A stretch of DNA of 63,906 nt, the filler included, from Octopus bimaculoides (taxonomy: Eukaryota): assembly GCF_001194135.2 (NCBI RefSeq). It is 7 parts of 7 records of this genome, joined end to end, with 100 filler letters (N's around TTAATTAATTAA, not from the genome) between each part and the next. Parts side by side here need not be neighbours in the genome. Positions count along the whole stretch, not along the records: positions 1 to 20,847 come from NC_068995.1; 6 more parts are not named here. One strand, written 5' to 3'. Positions 1 to 10,815 of this stretch are shown here, piece after piece. Within the stretch, counting starts at the first letter, position 1, and each line of letters opens with the position of its first letter. Under the pieces are notes generated by a model. The model was given only the letters and a program-made list of their open reading frames with translations, had not been told where the DNA came from and did not search any database. The position numbers and the translations under genes are program-made.

Positions 1-344
1 ATATATATATATATATATATATATAAACATATACACGCCTGCACACATATATTCATAAATACACACATACACATAGACATATACCATCACATGTGCATAT
101 ACACATGTGTACACGCATACGCATATACATATATACATATACATACATATATACATATAGATATATACATGCACATTCACAGACATATATATAATCTATA
201 CACACATCTACATAGACAACATATATCTAGATACATGCACAAATACCTACATATATATATATATAAAGCTAGCTAGTTAGGTAGACAGACGGATAGGCAG
301 ACAGCTAGGAAGGTAGACACATCCATACATGTAAGCATGTATAC

Positions 345-427
<83 letters not shown>

Positions 428-480
428 CATATACTTATATACATGTGTGTATGTACATGTGTATGTGTTTACAGGTGTGT
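1..480. repeat. compound (TA)n/(CA)n/(TACA)n microsatellite
   Basis: Direct reading, including a long pure (TA)n run at about 347-425. Confidence 0.95.
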
Positions 481-1438
481 GTGTTTATATATTTGTTTGT
501 AGAAACAGAGAAAAGTCTGCAAAATATTTTTGTTAATCGGGAATCTTGAGTTTAGTGGAATTTTGATCACTAGAACAGCAACTAATTTAAGAGTAGCATT
601 GGAGAGAAAAAATAGATTCTAACATATGTATATTAATATCTGAAAGTGCGTCAGGTACAATTGCTATTCAATCGTTTTAGGCGATCATAGATGTACAAGT
701 ATTCTAAACGTCACTATTAACTTTAAGAAACTATTGATACTATAAATATGGCTCCTTCAATATAGCTGAAGTCAGTGAATCCGAAAGAAATTCGGTTCAC
801 TGCTTGAGTTATATGTTCTGACATAAAGAAAATCCTCGGTTCAGTATTCCTGTATATTGATAGGTTAGTAGGGGTTGATCAGAACTTAAAGTGGAATGTT
901 TTTATTTATATCTGGATTGAACTCATCGTGGACATCTTCAAATTAGAACTGATGTATATGTGTAACTGTCATTCTGCAGCACATGACAAAATTTTGCAGA
1001 TACTCTTTTCTTTAAAATTCTATGTGGTGGCTAGACGTAAGAACAATGCTTCGATATTCACTAGTCATAAATAAATCGGTCGTGACGCTTATTTTTATTC
1101 CATGTCTAGTAAGGTGTAAATTTTATGCAATTTCTACAGGAAAAATTTTAATTCCTGCTTTCATGTTGCTCAAACATATATCACACTCATAAGAGGGCAG
1201 TTATCAATGGAAGAATAACGTTCGTTCTGGCTAATATGTATTCAGGCCTGGTTCGTTCTTTACTAAATGTACTAATCCCAGAACTTAAATGAAACATCTA
1301 CTCTCTTGTATCAGAAAATAATCACCATCTCTTCTACGATACCAGTGCGCCATTTCTAAAGCACGACCTCCACTCTGAATTTCTTAATTTTGTGACAAAT
1401 TCAACAGACTTTTTAGAAATTCCCATTCCATAATTGTT

Positions 1439-1447
1439 ACTTTCTTT

Positions 1448-1502
<55 letters not shown>

Positions 1503-1595
1503 CTTCACTTTTTCATTCTATGTATGTATGTATGTATGTATGCATGTATGCATGTATGTATTTATCTATCTATGTATCTATCTATCTGTCTATCA

Positions 1596-1665
<70 letters not shown>
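1439..1665. repeat. (TTTC)n-(TATG)n-(TCTA)n microsatellites
   Basis: Direct reading; explains ORFs 1434..1673 and 1520..1780. Confidence 0.95.
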
Positions 1666-1667
<2 letters not shown>

Positions 1668-2142
1668 ACATAATCGTATATATCTTTATATTCGTACTTG
1701 TATATAGTTGTATTTACGCGCATATACATTTATTTATACGTCTGTCTATTTATTATCCGGGAAGTAAGCGGGAATTATAATTACTGCACACGTCAAGAAA
1801 TGTTGAGGTTGCAATATTTCGTTCATTTATGAAAATATTTCTGATTGCTAACATTTATGATTACTTCCTTTCATTATTAATTATGGGTCCTGACAAATGG
1901 TATTTGAGAAAACAAAGCTGGTAAGCAGTATTTTATTGAGACCGACGTAATATATAATTAAGAGGAAAGGTTTGATATAAGTCATTAAGCCATTTGGTTG
2001 TGATCATTAAAAATGCCAAAGAAATATTGCCAGTATAAAATAAGTAACCTTTGCCATCTTTTAAATCTAGAATATCATCCAAAATTCAAATTCTTCTCAA
2101 TGAAGAATCTGTAAGCGTGATTTTTTTTCTTCTGCTATTCAG

Positions 2143-2212
2143 TAACGTCATTATTAGTTCGTATGGTAGTTACTACTTGTGCGTTCGAGCTAGTGATTTT
2201 AGTGGATCTGCT
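2143..2212 (+). CDS. candidate internal exon (NVIISSYGSYYLCVRASDFSGSA), Ig/FN3/cadherin-like beta-strand pattern
   Basis: Strong acceptor ttttttttcttctgctattcag and donor gct|gtgagt. Open in the frame giving YxLxVRAxDxxG. No homology search was possible. Confidence 0.35.
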
Positions 2213-2559
2213 GTGAGTTAGAGGATCTGCTGTAAGACCGGATCCGGATATAAGTTAATGCATCACGTGAACATTAAATTCCTGATTACGTCAGAAACTA
2301 GGACAAAGGACAGAAGTGTTTAGCATTGGTTTAATATATTACAAACTCCAGCTACTCGACACGAATTGACGAATCATGATTAATGATGAGGAATACGTGA
2401 AATGAGTTTCGATGGCGCTGGTGATGCCATCTTGACATAAATAACATCCGGAATATATTGTCAGCTCGGCTATCGATAGAGTGTGCATTTGTCTCAGACA
2501 GGCGCTTTAAGAAATTCTAATTCAAATGTTAGCATTTTTAGATTGATTCCACACAGAAA

Positions 2560-2782
2560 ACGAAATGAAAATGTTAAAGAGATAGAAAGAGAAAATAAAG
2601 AGAAAGGAATATAGAAACGTAATTAGAAGGAATGTAACTAACTCAAGACGCAGGAGGGAAGATGGTGGAAGAAAGAGAGGACGGAAAGCAATCGAGAGCG
2701 ATGTATATACATATACATACATACATACATGCATACATACAAATATATGTCTGTGTGTTTGTATGTGTATGTATGTATATAT

Positions 2783-2824
<42 letters not shown>

Positions 2825-3335
2825 AGAGCGGAGACAGAGAATCGAGAGGGAATGACAATATAGAAGAGAAAACAATTAACCAATAGAGAAATAGAAATAT
2901 ATGGGTGTGATGGGGTAGATAGCGGGGTGAGGTTTGTGTGACAGGAAGAGAAAATAAACAGAAGATAAAGAAAATGATCTTGATGAAAAAAAAAGAAACG
3001 AAAAAGAAAATCAATACACGAATAGTATAAAGAATGAAAAAAAAAATAATAAAACGGTTCGGAAATGTAGAATAACAAGAAATATAAGAACGACAGAATA
3101 TAGAAATTATGGAATGAAGTTGCGACGGAGGATAAATATTTAAGGAAATAGAATCTGAGGTGTTACAGAAATAATGCAAGATAAAAGTGCGCGCGCGATC
3201 AACACACATACACACATACACACATACAGACACACAAATACACACATACAAACACACAAATACACACACATAAACACACATATGCACATATACATGCATT
3301 CGTAAATACACACATATATACATATATACATATAT

Positions 3336-3386
<51 letters not shown>

Positions 3387-3420
3387 ACACAGACACATAT
3401 GTAAACTATCTGTACACAAA
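2560..3420. repeat. purine-rich (GA)n/(CA)n/(TACA)n low-complexity block
   Basis: Direct reading; source of several spurious ORFs. Confidence 0.9.
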
Positions 3421-4200
3421 AATATATATCCCTTCTTCTTGTGAGTTCTAGTCTAAGGGCAGATCTCCCGTCTTTTTCAGGCCACTCACATCCTCCATAA
3501 TACCACTTATGACCTCCATAAAGCTTTAACAGCGAGAATGATACAATCAAGAGAGGGCACATGAGAAGCGTACTGGAGAAGGAAAAATGTTTGGGATAGT
3601 AATTTCCATGCTAGAGTTAGCATGAATCCCGACATTTTCAACAGGCAATAACCAATATAATAACAGTAGAAAAAATTAAGAAAGCATACTACATGTTAGT
3701 GGGATTTTGTATATAGAGAACGAAAGCATATTGAATAGTTTGGTGAAGATAATAGTTGACGGTGTGTGAAGGCAATAGCAGAGTTCTTAGTAGAAAGGCA
3801 TTGTTGTTTATGGAGATAACGTTACACTTTAAAAAAAATGTTCAGTTTAATAAACACGATACACATGTAATAACAAATATCAACACATTTTTCATATATA
3901 TCATTCAGACCAGGCCTTGGTTGTATTCAGCTGCATTTGTGTTGTAGGCATTGATTGCAGGTCTCTACCAGCAGTATAACTTGATGTATAACCAATTGCG
4001 TTTTAGAGCAAACATTTGAAAGTAATTGATCACCAGAAGCCTTCATCCTGATATGAAATAAACTGACTGAACAACTATTCAGGAGGGAGATTAATTTGCT
4101 AGTGATCCATGCACATTTAACGACTCCCATCTGAGCTGCGTATAGGGATCAAAGGTTTGCTTTGTAGCAATTCCTGAATCCTTCCTTCCCCTTTTTCTAG

Positions 4201-4257
4201 AAGGTCCGCCAAAGGATTTCTTAAGTCGAACGTGCACTACCACATCTTTACATACTC
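4201..4257 (+). CDS. putative exon, start of a CUB-like domain (EGPPKDFLSRTCTTTSLHT)
   Basis: Strong acceptor ccttccttcccctttttctag and weak donor c|gtaaaa. Phase 1-1 joins in frame to 4569 and places a Cys at the expected CUB position. Confidence 0.4.
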
Positions 4258-4568
4258 GTAAAATAAATTAGTTGTATACTCCTGAGAATTGTTGAAAAGA
4301 GAAAACACAATAAAAACATTCATTTAAAGAAACAAAGTATTTCGAGATACCAGCTAACAAGCAGCCAAAATATAATTAGTTTCACGTTGCCGCCATGTCA
4401 TGGATCAAATGTACAGAAATGTTATCTACTCTTACAATGTTAACGTTCCTCACAGTCGGTAGAATATCAGGAAAAATGCTGTGTCCCATTTTGTTACGTT
4501 CGATTATGCTTGTACTTTATTTCCTTATCGGGGACGACTGATTATATAACTACTTTGCTCTCATTCAG

Positions 4569-4657
4569 GTAGTGGTGTCAATATAACCAGTAATAAATTT
4601 CCTCCAAGACGTGTGTCCTTGTGTCTATGCAAAATAACAATACACGTGCCTAAAGAA
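4569..4657 (+). CDS. putative exon of a CUB-like domain (SGVNITSNKFPPRRVSLCLCKITIHVPKE)
   Basis: Acceptor tttgctctcattcag, donor gaa|gtgagt, only one open frame. Spacing matches CUB consensus GxIxSPxYPxxxxxxxxCxWxIxVP. Confidence 0.55.
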
Positions 4658-5213
4658 GTGAGTAATGACGATCTCATTGGTTGAGGACTAATATTTTTGA
4701 TAGGCGCCGAACCCAAAATATTCGACCTCTATGTCAACATTATCCAACCTACGTTTCAACAATTGCAAAGATTGCGCAAGAAACTATAGAGGTCGTTTTA
4801 GCATCAATCAGTCAATTAATATATATATATATATATANNNNNNNNNNNNNNNNNNNNNNNNNNNNNNNNNNNNNNNNNNNNNNNNNNNNNNNNNNNNNNN
4901 NNNNNNNNNNNNNNNNNNNNNNNNNNNNNNNNNNNNNNNNNNNNNNNNNNNNNNNNNNNNNNNNNNNNNNNNNNNNNNNNNNNNNNNNNNNNNNNNNNNN
5001 NNNNNNNNNNNNNNNNNNNNNNTGTGTGTGTGTGTGTGTGTGTGTGTGTATTAGTTTATGTATATATTAATATTATCTCAGTTTAAAAAAAAAACCTTTG
5101 ATAATGTAAATATGTTAATAGTTACCAGAGGTAGCAAAACTACACTAGAAAGCAAGATATCACAGCCGTTTTACAAGTAGAGATACCAAGTTAAAGTGAT
5201 ACATTTTGAGAAG

Positions 5214-5409
5214 ATATGAATAATAATAATAAATGGATCAAAACGCATATAAATAAAAGTTCCTTTAATTCCTACACATGTTTCAAAATATATGAGAGAG
5301 CTCTTACTTCTTTGTAAAAGAGCTCTCTCATATATTTTGAAACATGTGTAGGAATTAAAGGAACTTTTATTTATATGCGTTTTGCTCCATTTATTATTAT
5401 TATTCATAT
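5214..5409. repeat. near-perfect palindrome, 92-bp arms and 12-nt spacer
   Basis: 5214-5305 is the reverse complement of 5318-5409 with one mismatch (ggatcaaaa vs ggagcaaaa). Confidence 0.95.
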
Positions 5410-5493
5410 ATATATGTATATATATATTCATATTATACATACATACGCGCACACATGTGTACATTCACATACGTGCAAATACGATTATTGCAG

Positions 5494-5594
5494 CTACCAC
5501 CTCAAATCTACTAAACAGATTTCATGTTCTCGAACATCATACAGTATACAAAGCGGGATACATATGCTCAATTTCAGAGAATATTGTTGTATTG
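5494..5594 (+). CDS. putative exon, middle of a CUB-like domain (YHLKSTKQISCSRTSYSIQSGIHMLNFREYCCI)
   Basis: Acceptor gattattgcag, strong donor ttg|gtaagt. Resembles the CUB FxLExxxxCxxDxLxIxDG segment. Confidence 0.45.
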
Positions 5595-5633
5595 GTAAGT
5601 AGAACATAAAGATTTAAAGTTCTCGTATTCTAG

Positions 5634-5782
5634 TAGAACAAAAATTAGTTGACATGGTGGATTGGGACTCAACTGAATATTGGATAAACGTCACATACAC
5701 CATGATGATTAATGCCAGTTATCAAAATGCTGACATCATTGCTGATGCTGAATGCTCTATGAACGATGAAAAGTCTGTATAA
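5634..5782 (+). CDS. putative exon, end of a CUB-like domain (EQKLVDMVDWDSTEYWINVTYTMMINASYQNADIIADAECSMNDEKSV*)
   Basis: Phase-1 acceptor gttctcgtattctag matches the phase of the 5594 donor, but the implied intron is only 39-54 nt. Confidence 0.35.
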
Positions 5783-6200
5783 CGTGACATGGACAGCTAC
5801 AGCGGAGAGTTCGAAGCCTTGGCCAGCAGGAAGTGAAAAAGCAGACATGTTGACTGAGTCTGAGGCTGCTGGAGATTGTGGTCAAACTCTGGTTGGAGAG
5901 GGTTGTTGCTGGACAGTTGTATACCTGACATGAGGATTTGTTTCGTTGCTACGACCTTCTAATACTCCGAATTCACCCTAATTCTCCGAATGTAATGCAA
6001 TTACATTCGTAGAATGTAATCCCATGGATTACAACGTATTGGATGAAGTTGGGAAAGGTAGCAATCGTTCTGTCCGCAACATTCCAGCCGAAAATGTGGA
6101 TGAGATCAAGGAGGTGTTCGAAGATCCTCTCACGAACAAAAAGATAAATGCATGCCAAACGTTCAGGAATAGTTTTGAGGCCGTAATGGATTCTGAATAA
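5763..6200 (+). pseudogene. degenerate coding-like tract continuing the CUB-like gene in a shifted frame
   Basis: One frame reads LYNVTWTATAESSKPWPAGSEKADMLTESEAAGDCGQTLVGEG...NPMDYNVLDEVGKG...VMDSE* with two internal stops. Confidence 0.3.
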
Positions 6201-6309
6201 ACAGTTATGTAGCTATGTTGTGATATTTTAAAAAATAATCTTATTTTCAGAAGAGATAATGTAATTGCTTTTCATTTTATGAAAACCCGATAAATTTACC
6301 CCGAACGCC

Positions 6310-6581
6310 CTGTATGTATATACGTGTATGTATATATGCGTGTGTGTGTGTGCGCGCGCGTATGTGTGCGCGTGTGTGTATGTGTGTGTGTGAGTGTGTG
6401 TGTATGTAGAATCTTTTAGTCGTAGAAATCGATCACAGGACCTATTTTTTCTAAGTTTAGTACTAATTCTATCAGTTTCTTTTGCCGAACTGCTATGATA
6501 CGGGGACATAAGCACACCAACATTGGTTGACAAGCGATAGTGGGGGCACACACAGAGACAAAAAGATGTACAAACACATAA

Positions 6582-6624
<43 letters not shown>

Positions 6625-7077
6625 TACATANNNNNNNNNNNNNNNNNNNNNNNNNNNNNNNNNNNNNNNNNNNNNNNNNNNNNNNNNNNNNNNNNNNNNN
6701 NNNNNNNNNNNNNNNNNNNNNNNNNNNNNNNNNNNNNNNNNNNNNNNNNNNNNNNNNNNNNNNNNNNNNNNNNNNNNNNNNCTGTATGTATATACGTGTA
6801 TGTATATATGCGTGTGTGTGTGTGCGCGCGCGTATGTGTGCGCGTGTGTGTATGTGTGTGTGTGAGTGTGTGTGTATGTAGAATCTTTTAGTCGTAGAAA
6901 TCGATCACAGGACCTATTTTTTCTAAGTTTAGTACTAATTCTATCAGTTTCTTTTGCCGAACTGCTATGATACGGGGACATAAGCACACCAACATTGGTT
7001 GACAAGCGATAGTGGGGGCACACACAGAGACAAAAAGATGTACAAACACATAAATATATATATATATATATATATAT
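6310..7077. other. about 290-bp duplication across an N gap (probable assembly artefact)
   Basis: About 6310-6600 and 6782-7075 read as identical and flank gap 6631-6781. Confidence 0.8.
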
Positions 7078-7225
7078 GAGACGGGATTCCTTCAGTTTCC
7101 GTCTAACAAAGCCACTCACAAGACCATACCTCTAGTAGAAGATACTTTCCCAAGGTACCACGCAGCGGGACTGAATCCGGAACCATGTAGTTCGGAAGCA
7201 AGATTCTTACCACACAGTCACATGT
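6885..7225 (-). mobile_element. tRNA-derived SINE, family A (head GTGGCTGTGTGGTAAG...GGTTCAGTCCC)
   Basis: Reverse complement of the copies at 7941 and 47139, with an internal (TA)n. Confidence 0.85.
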
Positions 7226-7329
7226 ATATATGATACAACAGTGGTGCTAAAATTATGAAATTATTAGATGATCCCAAACTATACCTTGTAAAATTCTTCT
7301 GAAATGAGGTTTTTAATCAAAACAATTAA

Positions 7330-7490
7330 ATATTGGTTTTAAATTTCGGCACAAGGCCACCCATTTCAGGGGAGACCCTAAGTCGATTATATTGACCCCA
7401 GTACTCAACCGGTACTTAATTTATCAACCCCAAAAGAATGAAAGGCAAAGCTGAGCCCGGCGGAATTTGAACTTAGAACGTACAGACGGA
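7330..7490 (-). mobile_element. SINE family B fragment
   Basis: Shared motif cgacccc(g)aaagNatgaaaggcaaag...cggcggaatttgaac. Confidence 0.8.
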
Positions 7491-7689
7491 GGACAGCTAA
7501 ATATTAATAGCGTTACATAAATCAAAATAAGATCACGTGTAACACACCTTAGGAACAAATATTAATTATTCTTTGATACGTGGCCAAAATAATTGAAATC
7601 AGCAGTCGGGTGGTCATCCCCACATGACATCGCTGTAATAGAGACAGACAGTGACAGCTACAAACAAACACCACTATCAGCAAACTTAC

Positions 7690-7733
7690 CTTGCACAAGC
7701 CTGTAAGAGATTTATACGGATCACATTGATTCG
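7690..7733 (-). CDS. candidate 44-nt exon (NQCDPYKSLTGLCK or RINVIRINLLQACA)
   Basis: Very strong acceptor gttgttttcatttctctctag and donor aag|gtaagt. Reading frame is unresolved. Confidence 0.3.
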
Positions 7734-7940
7734 CTAGAGAGAAATGAAAACAACATCGAATCCCAACATACGGTCATAAGATAGCATACAGATAATGCGT
7801 TGTTTGATACACATAGACTGACAGAAGAAGTCAGGTAAATACAGTTATACATACATTACACTCACACTGCTTCACGCTCACATCATATACATATATACTT
7901 GCAAAGAAACTTTCATAGCAATATGTTTATTATAAACGTA

Positions 7941-8065
7941 GGAGTGGGTGAGTGGTAAGTAGCTTGCTCACCAGTCACATGGTCCTGGGCTCAGTCCCAC
8001 TACCTGGGCCGAACAAAGCCTTTTGAGTGGATTTTGTAGACAGAAACTGAAAGAAGAGCCTGTCG

Positions 8066-8098
<33 letters not shown>

Positions 8099-8315
8099 TT
8101 GTGTGTTTGTGTGTGTATGTTTATGCGTCTGTGTTTGTCCCCCCAACAACGCTTGACAATCGATGCTGACGTGTTTACTTCCCCGTAACTTAGCGGTTCT
8201 GCAAAAGAGACTGATAGAATAAGTACTAGTCTTACAAAACTCCTGGGTTCGAATTGCTCGGCTAAAGGTGGTGCCCCATCATGGCCACAGTCAAATGACT
8301 GAAAGAAGTAGAATG
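7941..8315 (+). mobile_element. SINE family A, near full length
   Basis: tRNA-like head, internal (TA)n/(TG)n, and 3' end matching the other copies (gatagaataagtactag...catggccacagtcaaatgactgaaa). Confidence 0.9.
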
Positions 8316-8337
8316 TATATAATATATATATATATAT

Positions 8338-8670
8338 AGGAGCACTCCGTCGTTACGACGACGCGGGTCCCAGATGTTACGATCAACGGAAGGGCTTGCT
8401 CGTGAAATTAACGTGCAAGTGGCTGAGCAATCCACAGACACGTGTTCCCCTAACGTAGTTCTAAGGGGGATTCAGGGGGATTCAGCGTGACACATAGTGT
8501 GACAAGTTTCGCCCTTTAAAATACAGGTACAACTCATTTTTGCCTGCTGACCGGACTGGGACAACATGAAATAAAGTGTCTTGCACAAGGACACAACGCG
8601 TCGCCGGTAACTGAACTCACAGCCTCCCGATCGTGTGTCGAATACCCTAACCACTAAGCCACGCGACTTC
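8338..8670 (-). mobile_element. tRNA-derived SINE, family C, near full length
   Basis: Minus-strand A-box TGGCTTAGTGG and B-box-like GTTCAGTTAC, followed by tgtccttgtgcaagacact. Confidence 0.85.
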
Positions 8671-9548
8671 ATGAATATATGAATATATATATATATATAT
8701 GGATAAACGCACACACACATACACACGCACACCTGTGCGTCTAAAACTATTTGTCTATCTCTCATATATTTATCAGTCTATCTATATATTTATGTACCTA
8801 TGTACGTATATGTACTTGCGTCATTAAAAAAAAAAATGCTTTCCTCTTTTGTTTTCCACATGCTTACAGCCGCAAGTGTTGGAGACTTGGAAGTCATGAA
8901 GGTCAGCTGACACTTTCCCGCAATGCTTTTCGAATAAGAATACTCGATTAAACCAATGTATAACCTTGCTAGGGGAGTTCCTTTTCTCGTCAGCGTGATA
9001 TGCTTATTTAGTTAAAGACACTACGCTGCTTTACATGTATTTTCTTTACTTTTACTTCCTTGAGGAAGACATATACATTTTTTGGGGGCCTTTTAATTGT
9101 TTTCTTTATATATATCTTATTGTTATTTTGATCGCTGCTATGGCATTCAATGGTAGGAAAGTTTTGTTCAATAATTATCGTAGCCAATGTATCTATCATT
9201 TCATCATGTTTTGTTTTATATTTAATTCTTTACCTCCTTCCCACCTCTTTCAAACCTTGATCACCCCGTCAGCGTCTTTATTGAACTGGTTTCTTCGCCA
9301 ATGGACTCCCAGCCAACTTTATGATAGATTTGGTTATTTTCTCAAGAATACTCTTCTATTTTCAATCCTTAAGCTAAAAAATTTATTCAGTTATCCATAA
9401 CGCCTGGCTTTCAGTCAGAAAAATTAGGAGCATGTGCCAAATATTAAATATCTTTAAACGAAACTATTCAAAAGGAGAATAGTGTGTCACTATTATTTTC
9501 TTCTTCTTTTACATATATTTCGTGGTTTTCTTCTCTTTCTCTGCACAG

Positions 9549-9642
9549 TAATTTCAATTTTCGGTGAATGGTGTACAGACTGTCTTTATCACTATAGAAT
9601 CAATGAAGATATGCAATTTATAGATAATGTGCATAATCTTTG
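9549..9642 (+). CDS. candidate exon (ISIFGEWCTDCLYHYRINEDMQFIDNVHNL) with a WCxxC motif
   Basis: Strong acceptor ttttcttctctttctctgcacag and a single open frame. Ends at donor tg|gtaaca or at the stop NLW*. Confidence 0.3.
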
Positions 9643-10343
9643 GTAACACTGATAATAAACATCATTTCTTTTCTATACAACTATCACTGCCATCGCGAAG
9701 AATACATTTTGAACAATCAGAGACTTTCTAAGAAAAGCAGAAACATGGATTGGTTGGTTGTATTGTACTGAAGTGGGCAGTTAATTGAACACTTATATAC
9801 TGATAAGTGATCGAATCTAAACAGCACATTTAAACTTCATCTACAGATGTCACGCTGTTAACTAGTTGGGTTTTTGTTCGTCTTGCAAAATAAATAGGTT
9901 GAACAGTAAGAAATATTTTCAAGGGAAACTAGAGGCAAGGATTGGAGGCTGTCGAGCGCTAATGTAGACAAATAATTAAGCACGTATTTACTGGTTCATA
10001 TTCAAATCAGCGCTGAGTAAACTATAACAACTATACTACTATATACATAAAGAGGAATAAAGTCTGGTAATTTAGTTTGCTACTAACAAGCGAACTGTGT
10101 ATGAAAACCAGCATTTTGTCTTGGAGATATATTCACAATCTGATAGAATAACGTCTCTTTTTGCTTGGACGAATTATGAAGAAAAGAATTAAAACTGATA
10201 AATAAATATTTGATCAATCATTGAACAGTACAGGAATAAAAGTTACGGAAGAATATTTAAATTCAGAGCACAGTTAAACGCCACTTAATTCTCACAGACA
10301 CAATAACCAGAGTTGCATGAATGAATAGATAAACACACACACA

Positions 10344-10392
<49 letters not shown>

Positions 10393-10419
10393 ACACATAC
10401 ACGTGTATATATGTGTGTT

Positions 10420-10456
<37 letters not shown>

Positions 10457-10815
10457 ATATATCTACAGATAGATATATAGATACATTCATACAAACAAAC
10501 ACAAAAACTTAAGTACAGACATACATATATGTATGTATATATATACGTGTGAGTGAACAATCGAAAGATGGGCACCCAAACAATTTATTTGGGGTTACAT
10601 GTAGTGATCAAAACAGTTTGATTGAAATTGGGTGGTACTCTTGCTAGTCGTCAGCCATTTTGAGTTTGAATGACAGACGTTGGTTGTTATAACCGGAATG
10701 TGGGCTGCGATTGGTCGAGGAAGGTCACGCTGTGTCGTGGTTTGATGTTGCTATATGGTTAATAGTTAGTTGGAAAATACCGCATGGTGACGGGAAATTT
10801 ACCACGTGGAGGACA

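Noticed and set aside
3481-3564. ATHILHNTTYDLHKALTA as an ELM2/MTA-like segment
   Set aside because: Short resemblance only; it stops after 27 codons and no other MTA/RERE exons are nearby.
4093-4257. Minus-strand 55-aa frame RVCKDVVV...GSLAN
   Set aside because: No usable in-frame acceptor or ATG, and it is the antisense of a strong plus-strand acceptor and exon.
6310-7077. Tandem gene or element duplication
   Set aside because: Identical copies flank an N gap, typical of unmerged contig overlap.
8600-8670. tRNA genes at SINE heads (also 20948-21010 and 23760-23825)
   Set aside because: A and B boxes are present, but they run into SINE bodies and lack a complete cloverleaf.
8870-8901. Ankyrin-like micro-exon ASVGDLEVMK
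   Set aside because: Ten residues, non-ideal donor and no neighbouring ankyrin exons.
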